DNA of 64,000 nt from Candidatus Taenariivivens baikalensis (GTDB taxonomy: Bacteria; Omnitrophota; Omnitrophia; Omnitrophales; Aquincolibacteriaceae), in contig SICL01000002.1 in assembly GCA_009691445.1 (NCBI GenBank), positions 64,063-128,062 on the forward strand. The letters are read 5' to 3'. This document shows, piece by piece, positions 29,698 through 38,045 of the stretch; the first letter of the stretch is position 1; each line of letters begins with the position of its first letter. The notes below the pieces were generated by a model. That model was not told the DNA's origin. It saw only the letters and a list, made by a program, of their open reading frames with translations, and ran no database searches. The translations under genes and the position numbers were made by a program.

Positions 29698-30630
29698 TTA
29701 TTTCTTCTCCTTCAATTTACTTTCTAAGGCTTGAAAGGACGTTCCCACATTCTCTTCAAGGAAAATTCCTCCTGGAACTCCCCGACGAAAACTACGATTG
29801 CCTCCAAGCGGATCCTTTTGAGCGCTTTGGGTGACGCTTAAATTTTGATTAGTACATTGCGCGCAGCAATCCGCCTTTGCCATCCCTAACTCCAGCTGCT
29901 CCCGGATATTCCTAATCGTCTGAAAGGCTGCCGGGTCATACTGGACCTGCCAGATTTGGAGTGAGGGATAAATCCTGTTGCCGTAAGGCACATGATCCGA
30001 GGGTGCTTCCAAAAAACTTTCCATGATTTTTCGCGTAATTTCCAGCCTTGATTTCTCAATCTTTTCCAGAAGAATATCCAGGGATTCCAGATTTGCCAGA
30101 ATTTTTTCTCCCGTGAGACGGACACAATTTTGATACGCCCAGGACGAGCATCCCCTTTGACCATCTTCAAGCGCCGTTCTCAATCTTTTCATTTCAGTCA
30201 CTATTTTTCCGGCTTCACGCTTAGAAAGCTTTTCATCCACGCGGGCCAAATGGGCGTAACGGTTTGAAAGGACTTCACCCTCTGCCTGGCGTTCCACGGA
30301 GAAGGGATCCTTTTTCATTTGCTCGGCATCCCAGAGAGGTTCGTACCGAGTTTCCCAAGCCTTCATCATCTTCCAGTTCATACGCGCATAGTGATCCTCC
30401 AGGTTATAGAGGGCATGAAGGGCCCGGGATCGTTTGCCCTCAGAATAGGTGCGGCATGAATCCATCTCGTTTGCGGCGAACGATAAGTTACAAGATCCAA
30501 GATACAAGCTCCAAGTAAAAATAAAAATCAAAAATTTCAAACTCCAAACTTGATGCTTGGATCTTTGGCCATTGAAAATTGATATTTTTTTGGATCTTGT
30601 ATCTTGTATCTTGGAATTTATTTCAGTCAT
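29698..30630 (-). CDS. Hypothetical secreted helical Cys-containing protein (paralogue of 30623..31606)
   Basis: ATG 30630 overlaps upstream stop; signal ending SFA-A; shares SC, YEPLW, DP, C-x-C, DCC motifs. Confidence 0.7.
   Translation of the reverse strand: MTEINSKIQDTRSKKISIFNGQRSKHQVWSLKFLIFIFTWSLYLGSCNLSFAANEMDSCRTYSEGKRSRALHALYNLEDHYARMNWKMMKAWETRYEPLWDAEQMKKDPFSVERQAEGEVLSNRYAHLARVDEKLSKREAGKIVTEMKRLRTALEDGQRGCSSWAYQNCVRLTGEKILANLESLDILLEKIEKSRLEITRKIMESFLEAPSDHVPYGNRIYPSLQIWQVQYDPAAFQTIRNIREQLELGMAKADCCAQCTNQNLSVTQSAQKDPLGGNRSFRRGVPGGIFLEENVGTSFQALESKLKEKK
30489..30620. repeat. Inverted 7-mer arrays (CAAGATA/TATCTTG type) inside ORF N-terminus
   Basis: caagatccaagatacaagctccaag ... 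ttggatcttgtatcttgtatcttgg. Confidence 0.75.
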
Positions 30631-31606
30631 GCATCGTCTCCATCTGCTGAGCCAGCGGCATTTTCTCGGTTTGGTAACAGCAGTCCGAGAAAGCCTGATC
30701 ATCCGTAATGATGCGGCGGATTTTTTCAAAACTTTCCATACTCAGCTGGTCTTCGGCAAAGCGTTTGGATTTACGATCGGTCTCAAACCGGGAATAATAG
30801 TTGCTGTGAGCGGAAGGCTTTTCGAGGGAATCCTGGGGATACAGACCCTGCGGACCTCCGGACGTAAGGGAAACGGCCTTGCGTTCGTCCCTGTCACTTT
30901 CCAGGGCATGGTCGAAATTTATTTGAAAAACCTGGATTTCATCCGTAATTTTTTGAAGAATGGTTTGTGCGCATTCCTTCACAAGAGGATTGGAATGGCA
31001 TTTCCCAAAATTATTTTCGGAATTTTTAATCGTTTGGAGATTGGTAAGAACCCTGTTTACGAGTCGGGCGGATCTCTTTTCATAAGACGCCAGTAGGAGA
31101 AGAAGTCTCCCCTCATCATTCCGGCCCTTATCTCTTTTGATTTGATCCAGAGGATCGTTTTCATGGACGCGGCTCAGCCAAAGCGGTTCGTAATGAAGAC
31201 GGCAGATTTTCGCTTCGGTCCACCGGTATTCGGCATATGCGGATTCAGCACGCTGGAGATGACGAAGAAGAGACTTCTGATTTTCCAGAAAACATTGAGT
31301 ACACGACGGAGTTTGGTCACTCGCAGCATATAAATTCCAAGCTCCAAGCTCCAAATTCCAAACAAGCAACAAAATGAAAATATTCAAAATTAGAAGAGCG
31401 TCTACCAATCCACCGTCACGCTGAGACCTTCGTTTGTCATCCTGAACAAAGTGTCCGCCAGAGGACGGATCCGTCCAACGCTGTTTGACGGAAAGGATCT
31501 CAGGATGAACTCCTCGAAGTGTCTTGGAACGAGATCCTTCGCTGCGCTCAGGATGACACTTGGGATTTGGTGCTTGAGATTTGGTGGTTGCCTTTATTTG
31601 GAACAC
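30623..31606 (-). CDS. Hypothetical secreted helical Cys-containing protein with repeat-derived N-terminus
   Basis: GTG overlaps fur stop; signal ending LYA-A; YEPLW and DCC motifs. Confidence 0.7.
   Translation of the reverse strand: MFQIKATTKSQAPNPKCHPERSEGSRSKTLRGVHPEILSVKQRWTDPSSGGHFVQDDKRRSQRDGGLVDALLILNIFILLLVWNLELGAWNLYAASDQTPSCTQCFLENQKSLLRHLQRAESAYAEYRWTEAKICRLHYEPLWLSRVHENDPLDQIKRDKGRNDEGRLLLLLASYEKRSARLVNRVLTNLQTIKNSENNFGKCHSNPLVKECAQTILQKITDEIQVFQINFDHALESDRDERKAVSLTSGGPQGLYPQDSLEKPSAHSNYYSRFETDRKSKRFAEDQLSMESFEKIRRIITDDQAFSDCCYQTEKMPLAQQMETMHD
31331..31604. repeat. Inverted 7-mer arrays (CCAAGCT/TTGGTGC type) bracketing a REP
   Basis: ttccaagctccaagctccaaattccaaa ... ttgggatttggtgcttgagatttgg. 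Confidence 0.7.
31436..31557. repeat. GTCATCCTGA REP-like palindrome with 39 bp inner insert, in-frame in ORF
   Basis: gtcatcctgaacaaagtg[tccgcc..gacgga]aaggatctc...gagatccttcgctgcgctcaggatgac. Confidence 0.85.
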
Positions 31607-32034
31607 TGCTTGCAGATTCCGAAAAGACGGTGATCATGAAAGACAAGTTTGAAGCCGTATTTGCCGCAGAGTTTCTCCTGAAGTGTTTCGATTTCATCGG
31701 AGTGGAATTCAATAAATTTATGGCAGCGGATGCAAACCATATGATCGTGGTGACCGCGGGCGCTGGTGCGTTCAAAAAAGTCACGCTTCCCCGCCCCCAC
31801 CGATTTTTGAATGACACCGCTTTCAAGCAGGAGCGGGATGGTTCGGTACACCGTATCACGGGAAATCCTAAGGCCCTTTTTCTTAAAGCGTTCATAGAGA
31901 CTGTCCGCATCGAAATGTTTATCGAGTTTTAACACTTCATCAAAAATTGTTTTTCGTTCAAACGTGCACTTGAGTTCCTGATCAGCCAGAAGTGCTTGAA
32001 ATTTATCACGTTGGTTTTTAATCATCAAAGCCAC
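31594..32034 (-). CDS. fur: Fur-family transcriptional regulator
   Basis: ISRDTVYRT HTH, HHDHMVCIRC, FGICKQC; metal specificity not determinable. Confidence 0.9.
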   Translation of the reverse strand: MALMIKNQRDKFQALLADQELKCTFERKTIFDEVLKLDKHFDADSLYERFKKKGLRISRDTVYRTIPLLLESGVIQKSVGAGKRDFFERTSARGHHDHMVCIRCHKFIEFHSDEIETLQEKLCGKYGFKLVFHDHRLFGICKQCSK

Positions 32035-32076
32035 CCAATATTGTTTTCTCGCGCATACTCACATCCTTTCGATGGA

Positions 32077-32820
32077 TTACTTAAAAAGCCGAAGGTAATC
32101 TTTTTGACTTTCCCTGATGACACGTGCAATGAACTCCATAAAGTCCGTGTCGTCCGTATGCGCTTTCTCTAAAGTCTGCGCATATTCGCTACGCAAAACT
32201 GGCGGGATAATGGCAACGTGATAGCCTCCCTGCAGTAGAATAAGGTTCATCAGAAGCCTTGCGACACCGCCGCTTCCGTCGATAAAAGGATGAATAAAGA
32301 CAAATTCCTTATGCGCTAGGGCCGCGACTTCCACGGGATGTTTTTCTTGTTTTGAGAGACTCAGTTTTTGAATAAACACTGTCATAAGGCGTTGTATCTT
32401 TTCAGGGGCAGGGAACAGATACTTTGATCCAGTAATGCAGACCTTTTCCGTTCGATACTTACCGGCCTTTTCCTTGGCGATCCTGTGGTGGAAAATTTCA
32501 TGCAAGTGTTTAATTTCTGATTCCATGATATCTTTTTGCTTGGTAAGGGTATAGATAAAATCAACCGCCTCGCTGTGTCCAATAGCTTCAAAATGATCTC
32601 GTAAAGGTTTCCCCCCAATGGTCAGGCCTTCCTCAATAACAATTTTCGTCTCCGATTCCGTCAAGGAGTTTCCTTCCAAAACGTTACTTGAGTAGGTCAA
32701 TCCGACTCGGTAGTATCCTTTTACCCTGTTGAAGGCAGCGCTGCTTTCCAACGCCCTGAACGAATTGATTTTTTTTTGTAGTGTGTCAATCTCGGTCAAT
32801 AGGGAGTTGGTCATTAACAT
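32077..32820 (-). CDS. Fic-domain protein, class II, with non-canonical active motif
   Basis: SNVLEGN inhibitory helix; HPFIDGSGGVAR. Confidence 0.88.
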   Translation of the reverse strand: MLMTNSLLTEIDTLQKKINSFRALESSAAFNRVKGYYRVGLTYSSNVLEGNSLTESETKIVIEEGLTIGGKPLRDHFEAIGHSEAVDFIYTLTKQKDIMESEIKHLHEIFHHRIAKEKAGKYRTEKVCITGSKYLFPAPEKIQRLMTVFIQKLSLSKQEKHPVEVAALAHKEFVFIHPFIDGSGGVARLLMNLILLQGGYHVAIIPPVLRSEYAQTLEKAHTDDTDFMEFIARVIRESQKDYLRLFK

Positions 32821-32960
32821 AATTCCTGGTAAGGTTTAAATCTAAAATTTCCTTAGCCGCAAAAGTATAGCATATTTAAAATGCCATAAAAGGAAGGATT
32901 TGCAGATGAATTGAGCTTAGGTTCTGCGGTCTTGAGACGTTAATAGGGGCATCTAATTTT

Positions 32961-34826
32961 ATGAAACTGAAGCACTTGATCGCCTCTTTAATCGTAACCG
33001 GAAGTATGGCCTTTGGAATTTTTTCCTGCCTTCACTTTAAACGGATAACAACTTTTTTCTCGTACTACGCCTATTACCTGATTCTTCTCTTAGTCACCCT
33101 CTGGCTGATCCAGCTCATCCTTCACCTACGTAAAAATACGGTGGCCATAAAGGTTCAGCTGCTCCAAAACCGCTGGGGAATTTTACTCGCGCTGGTGCTT
33201 ACCGCCATCGTTTTCATTTCAGTACCCACCCATTTCCGCATTCTTTCGGATGAAACCAACCTGCTTGCGGTCTCAAAAAGCATGGCCTATGAGCACCGGG
33301 TGGACAACGTGACCATGGGAAAATGGTACTATCACAATTTTTATCCCCTCAACCGGGAGTTTGAAAAAAGACCCCTTCTCTTTCCTTTTTTACTGCACGT
33401 GATTCATACCCTTTTAGGCTACCGTCCGGAAAATGCCTTTTTCCTCAATGGAATCATTCTCTTCACTCTCTTGGCTATTTTATTTTTATGGGTCCGGAGA
33501 GAATGCGGAAAGCGGACGGCGATTCTCACTTTGGTTTTTGCCGTATCTCAGCCGGTGCTTACCCAAACAGCAACCTGCGCCGGTTTTGATCTCGCTTTTG
33601 TCCTTTTTTTCATCCTCGCTCTTGCATGCCTGCATCATTTTCTTAGGAAGCCTTCCCCTGACTCATTTCAATGGCTGTGGATCAATCTTTTAATGCTGGC
33701 CAACACCCGGTACGAATCTCCACTCGTGGTTATCACGATACTGCTCGCCTTACTCGTGATGGGCAATCTGAAGAGATCTTATTTTAGCCCCTGCTGGATC
33801 TTTGCTCTCACGCCACTGGCAACACTTCCCGGCATTTGGCAGCACTGGTTAAGAAATTCCAAGGAAAACCCATTTGGAATACCGGCGGACAGCCCTACGT
33901 TTTCTTTTCATCATTTTCTGCACCACCAGAAGATTTTCTTAAAGAGTTTTTTGAATTTTTACTCCCTGACTCCCTACGCTACGGTCCTTAATTGGATCGG
34001 CATCTTGGGTCTGCTTTATTTTTTGGTTCGCCATTTTCAGGAAAAAAATCTAGGCTCAAAAACCTTTCGGCAATTCAGCCTGATTACGTTTCTTTCCCTT
34101 GCCGGACTCTGGATACTTTTCCATTCCTATCATTTCGGGGATATCGGCCATCCGGCTTCAGCCCGATTTTTTGTCATTTTTTACCTGGCGTTTTCATTCC
34201 TCGCAGCCGCATTTCTTGTTTCCATCTCTCCACTTCATTCAGAATGGCTTTACGGACTAGGGGCCGCCTGCTTTTTTCTCTATCACCCTTTAAGTGTCGA
34301 AAACCGTTTCTCTAATCAGCTGCTTCTCCCCCGTGAATACCGAATCACCCTGGATTTTTTGAAAAAAATCGGGCATCAAAACCTTCTTGTCATTAGCGAA
34401 CGGCCCGGTCAATATACCGTTGAAAATTACGGAGCCGTTGATTTTAAGTATGCGAATCAAAACAAGGATGATCTTTTAAGGGAGCTGGGGCGGCATCTTT
34501 ACCAGGAAATTTATGTAATCCGTGAAATAAACTATGAAACCAAAAAGCCAGTTAAGGATACGACTCTGCACCCCGCCTTTCAGCTTGAGCCAGTTTTTGA
34601 ATTTCAAAACAAGGCGGATGCCTTTGTGCAGATTTCGAAGGTGATACTGACAAAGCCATTGCTAGGAGTCCCGGAGGGACGACGTGGCAATCTCAAAGGA
34701 CAAACCGAGCTTGCTTCGCTCCCTTTGGTCGCTCGCAATCATCGTTTGGAAGTAACGACAAAACCTAAGAAGGATTCAGTGCCAGCGGTTCGGTTGAAGA
34801 GTGAGTCACCCGCCCATCCGAATTAA
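32961..34826 (+). CDS. GT-C-like polytopic membrane protein
   Basis: About 12 TM segments, early DE motif (ILSDE), TRYE; C-terminus extended through a repeat. Confidence 0.7.
   Translation: MKLKHLIASLIVTGSMAFGIFSCLHFKRITTFFSYYAYYLILLLVTLWLIQLILHLRKNTVAIKVQLLQNRWGILLALVLTAIVFISVPTHFRILSDETNLLAVSKSMAYEHRVDNVTMGKWYYHNFYPLNREFEKRPLLFPFLLHVIHTLLGYRPENAFFLNGIILFTLLAILFLWVRRECGKRTAILTLVFAVSQPVLTQTATCAGFDLAFVLFFILALACLHHFLRKPSPDSFQWLWINLLMLANTRYESPLVVITILLALLVMGNLKRSYFSPCWIFALTPLATLPGIWQHWLRNSKENPFGIPADSPTFSFHHFLHHQKIFLKSFLNFYSLTPYATVLNWIGILGLLYFLVRHFQEKNLGSKTFRQFSLITFLSLAGLWILFHSYHFGDIGHPASARFFVIFYLAFSFLAAAFLVSISPLHSEWLYGLGAACFFLYHPLSVENRFSNQLLLPREYRITLDFLKKIGHQNLLVISERPGQYTVENYGAVDFKYANQNKDDLLRELGRHLYQEIYVIREINYETKKPVKDTTLHPAFQLEPVFEFQNKADAFVQISKVILTKPLLGVPEGRRGNLKGQTELASLPLVARNHRLEVTTKPKKDSVPAVRLKSESPAHPN
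34655..34742. repeat. RPE/REP-like palindrome read in-frame at C-terminus of 32961..34826
   Basis: gccattgctaggagtcccggagggacgacgtggcaatctc...ttgcttcgctccctttggtcgctcgcaatca. Confidence 0.8.
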
Positions 34827-36009
34827 ATTTATAGAAAAATTTCTTTTTGGAAAGATATTGATAATCGGATGACGTCTTCGTATTTCCATCCACATAAAAT
34901 GTTTCGTTTAAAAAGCGAGCTCGCTTCCCCTGTTCATCAAACACCCGGTAGTAACGAGCACTTTTAATCCCATCTTCATAACGAAGATCATGGTCCGTCT
35001 TGACCTTGCCGCTTAGATAAAAGTTTTTGATACGATGCTCCTTGAGCTTAAAGGCGCTGTCGTAATCGAAAATTTCCCGGACAAGAACATGGTTTTGAGC
35101 ATCCCGGTCCTGAGTTTCCACCACCGCGAAATCTTCCCGGATGGTTTTAAGGATGAACAAACGGTTCTGGATCTTCCCCGCTTCCCGGGCCTGATTGAAA
35201 GTCATGACCGCTTCCCAATGAGAACTATTCTTGTTTTCTTTCTTTTCTTCAAAATTTAAATCCGCATAATCGGGTAGATCATTCTCGTAGTGTCGTTCAA
35301 TAGCGCCCCGTAAATGTTCGTTAAGCTCTTCGCTTTCTATCGCTTCGCGGACTTTTTTGGTCCGGGCCGCAAATTCAGTTAAGGTTGTTTTCGCCTGGCT
35401 TAAGCCGGCAAGATAAGTTTCATCCTTGATTTCTTTTGTCCGTTCCAGGGAAGCTGCCTTATTCATCAAAGTTTTTATGCTTTCCAGCGTGTCGATGTAA
35501 CCATCCAGATAATCCTGCGAAGGAGTAAAAGGCCCGAGCACATAACCGATATAGGTTACACAAAGCATTTTTTGATCTTCAAGATTGAGCGAAACCTGAT
35601 TTCCGTAAGAATGAGCGACGATGCTGTCTTTTTGGAAAAGCAAGGATTCATGCCCGGAGATTTTAATCTCTCCTTTATCGCTCAGCTTGGGATCAAAATG
35701 CAGATCACGGAAAGATATTCCGGAAGTCGTTTTGATTTCCCGATCGGCATCCGCTTTCTGGAGGGTAGATCCCGGAGCTAGACTCTGTGCAGGGATTATT
35801 TCTTTTTTGGGAGATTGGATTTGATCCTGCGCGTCTTCTGAAGAAATGACGGTCGAGGAAGCCCGGGGATCTTTGGAATAATAGTTGCGAAAAACAGGGC
35901 CTGCTTCTTTCGCGATTGAAATGCCCTGCATCAAAATGAAAATGATCCCCCCCGTCAGAAGGAAGGTTTTTTTATTGAGCAATTTATCTGGAAATAGTCT
36001 GCCTAGCAT
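34765..36009 (-). CDS. Hypothetical exported protein with C-terminal MORN/YwqK-like beta repeats
   Basis: N-terminal hydrophobic leader; FYLSGK, FDEQGK, FYVDGN, FNSDGR repeats. Confidence 0.6.
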   Translation of the reverse strand: MLGRLFPDKLLNKKTFLLTGGIIFILMQGISIAKEAGPVFRNYYSKDPRASSTVISSEDAQDQIQSPKKEIIPAQSLAPGSTLQKADADREIKTTSGISFRDLHFDPKLSDKGEIKISGHESLLFQKDSIVAHSYGNQVSLNLEDQKMLCVTYIGYVLGPFTPSQDYLDGYIDTLESIKTLMNKAASLERTKEIKDETYLAGLSQAKTTLTEFAARTKKVREAIESEELNEHLRGAIERHYENDLPDYADLNFEEKKENKNSSHWEAVMTFNQAREAGKIQNRLFILKTIREDFAVVETQDRDAQNHVLVREIFDYDSAFKLKEHRIKNFYLSGKVKTDHDLRYEDGIKSARYYRVFDEQGKRARFLNETFYVDGNTKTSSDYQYLSKKKFFYKFNSDGRVTHSSTEPLALNPS

Positions 36010-36138
36010 TTTCTTCTCACCTAAGAGAAATGTAGCAGATACTTCTGTCTTTTACAAACTAGGGCGATCAACTAGCAGCTTATAGCACGGATTTTAATCA
36101 ATAGACGGCTTTATCTATCTTCTCATAACTTCAAGCAT

Positions 36139-36198
36139 AAAAAAGGGACAGGCTGCTTTTTTAAGTAAAATGGCAAAAAAGTAGCCTGTCCCCTTTTT
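36139..36198. repeat. Inverted repeat (REP-like or bidirectional terminator)
   Basis: aaaaagggacaggctgctttttt...aaaaaagtagcctgtccccttttt. Confidence 0.75.
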
Positions 36199-36204
36199 AG
36201 GTAA

Positions 36205-37045
36205 TTACGCATTCACCTCAATCGTCTTCTGGGCAAAGATTTGATTGAGCCGCACAGAGATAGCGCTCAAAGCTCGGTTATTCATTTCAAGAAATCCGGC
36301 CTGAAGATTCGGACGCAAGGCATCTGGAATGATCCGATTAAGGAGATCCCATCCACGGTTAAATTTGACACGGATCTTGGAACTTAGAAGACCGGCAAAG
36401 AGACGCCCAGCTTCAAGCTCAACCGCTTGTCCGATATGACTCTCAATCCTGGTTGCCGCAACTTGGTCTTGAACCGCTTCAAGTAAAGCACCTTCAGATA
36501 AAATAATCACGTCCTGAGGCGAATCCACAAATTTCGTCAGTCCATTAGCGTTCTGGTTCGCGGCCTTAGCAAGATCGCCCTTTTCCAATGCACTGATCAG
36601 CAGACGGTCAAATATTGGACTTCCCTTTATGTCTTTAGCATTCAAATAGGGCCCCGTCAGCATCTTTAACTGAGATTCGGAAACTCCCTTCATCAGAACA
36701 TTGACGTGAGCGCCTATATTCGCCGTCATATAAACCATGAGCAAAAGCATTTCAGCCTCGGAGAGAAGTCTTGCCGAAGGAATCACCAGAGCGCTTGGCT
36801 CGTCACTCGGCGTAAGGAAAGAAGCAAGAAAGCGATGACCATCGCTCTGGGCCGCAAGAGCTCTAAGTTTCTGAAAAGCTCTCAAGACCGGCGCACCCTG
36901 AATCATGGCTTCCTGAAGTTCGCTGACAGCGTTTCGAATTTCATCCAAGGTTACTCCCTCTTTGAAAGTACCAATCGCAACCGCAGCTTCTGTTCCGGAT
37001 GTCACAGGTTTTTGATCTGATAATTCTACCAACTTCGGTAAACGG
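36205..37045 (-). pseudogene. 5'-truncated fragment of an unknown protein
   Basis: Protein-like open frame of about 280 codons; the first ~30 ORF codons are antisense of the SIMPL fragment; no credible start. Confidence 0.5.
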
Positions 37046-37445
37046 GCCACTATACAATGACATTGAAGGTTATATCTTAAGCCAGACCTTGGAAGTCCGT
37101 TCTTATGACGTGGAAAGGATAACGGGGGTTTCAAGGCAGGCTGCGGAGCTTATCAATCAGGGAATTGAAGTGATCTCAAACGCTCCGGAGTATTTCTATA
37201 CAAAACTTCCTGAACTCAAATACGACCTTCTATCGGTAGCTACGAAGGATGCCAAAATACGAGCCGAACAAATGGCATCGTCTGCGGGAAATAAGATCGG
37301 GGCCATCCGATCAGCACGAATGGGGGTATTCCAAATCACTCCCCTCAATACCTATGATGTCTCGGATTGGGGAATGAACGACACCACGTCACTTGAGAAG
37401 AAAGCAAATGCCGTAGTCAAAGTTGATTTCGCTATTGCCGCTTAA
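37045..37445 (+). pseudogene. C-terminal half of SIMPL (DUF541) protein
   Basis: IEGYILSQ..EV.S.DV, PEYFYTKL, ATKDAK.RAEQMA, ARMGVFQIT, DTTS.EK; signal peptide and N-terminal half absent. Confidence 0.75.
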
Positions 37446-37653
37446 CCTATCGCATTGCTTGCCATTTTTATAGTTATAGAGCTCATCATCAAATGCCAAG
37501 TTTACTGTCCCTATTTTTCCGGTTTTAGTGTCCCAATTTTTCCGCTTCTCATATCGGGTAAAAAAATCATTCCAAGGCAAAAAAGTTATAACTATAGGAA
37601 AATAAAAGGCCTGCAGGATTTTCATCATGCAAGCCTTTGGGGTAAAAAAAGAG

Positions 37654-37730
37654 TGGCGGGCTCGACGGGACTTGAACCCGCAACATCAGGATCGACAATC
37701 CTGTACTCTAACCAGTTGAGCTACGAGCCC
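37654..37730 (-). tRNA. tRNA-Asp(GTC)
   Basis: GGGCTCG..CGAGCCCGCCA; anticodon arm CAGGA-TTGTCGA-TCCTG. Confidence 0.95.
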
Positions 37731-37744
37731 TTGAAGAGGTCGGT

Positions 37745-37773
37745 ATTGTACTCAGAGAAACTTGTTATCTCAA
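37745..37773 (-). promoter_or_regulatory. sigma70-type promoter of tRNA-Asp
   Basis: TTGAGA-17 nt-TACAAT. Confidence 0.65.
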
Positions 37774-37799
37774 GAAAAATATCTTCTAATATAAAAACA

Positions 37800-37873
37800 T
37801 GGGCGTTGTAAGATTCTCCGCCGGAGGCGGATCCGCCTTTGGCGGAGAACTCTTGACCCACTGCGTGTAAAGG
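37800..37873 (-). pseudogene. tRNA-Val 3' half relic with 30 bp insert in T-loop
   Basis: CCTTTACACG..GGGTCAAGAGTTC[30 bp]GAATCTTACAACGCCCA. Confidence 0.8.
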
Positions 37874-37882
37874 AAAAAAATT

Positions 37883-37956
37883 TGGGCGTTTGAGGATTTG
37901 AACCCCAGACCCTCTCCGTGTAAAGGAGATGCTCTAACCAGCTGAGCTAAACGCCC
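37883..37956 (-). tRNA. tRNA-Val(TAC)
   Basis: GGGCGTT..AACGCCCA; anticodon arm TCTCC-TTTACAC-GGAGA. Confidence 0.95.
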
Positions 37957-37967
37957 TAATTCTTGAT

Positions 37968-38036
37968 TGCTCTAACCCCCGCCAGAATTCGTGGCGGGTC
38001 CGCCATGACTTCTGGGGGAAACTGAGCTAAACGCCC
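37968..38036 (-). pseudogene. tRNA-Val 5' relic with 42 bp insert in D-loop
   Basis: GGGCGTTTAGCTCAGTT[42 bp]GGTTAGAGCA. Confidence 0.8.
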
Positions 38037-38045
38037 TGAGCACAA

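Noticed and set aside
32019-32057. 12-codon uORF MREKTILGGFDD overlapping the fur start
   Set aside because: Has an SD-like AAAGGA but is too short to distinguish from chance without conservation data
37446-37653. Integrase or prophage at the tRNA-Asp 3' end
   Set aside because: No integrase, phage genes or tRNA-Asp direct repeat found; only a terminator-like hairpin at about 37605-37638
37800-38036. Split or intron-containing functional tRNA-Val
   Set aside because: The reconstituted T-stem (AAGAG/CTTAC) and anticodon stem do not pair, and no splicing motif is evident
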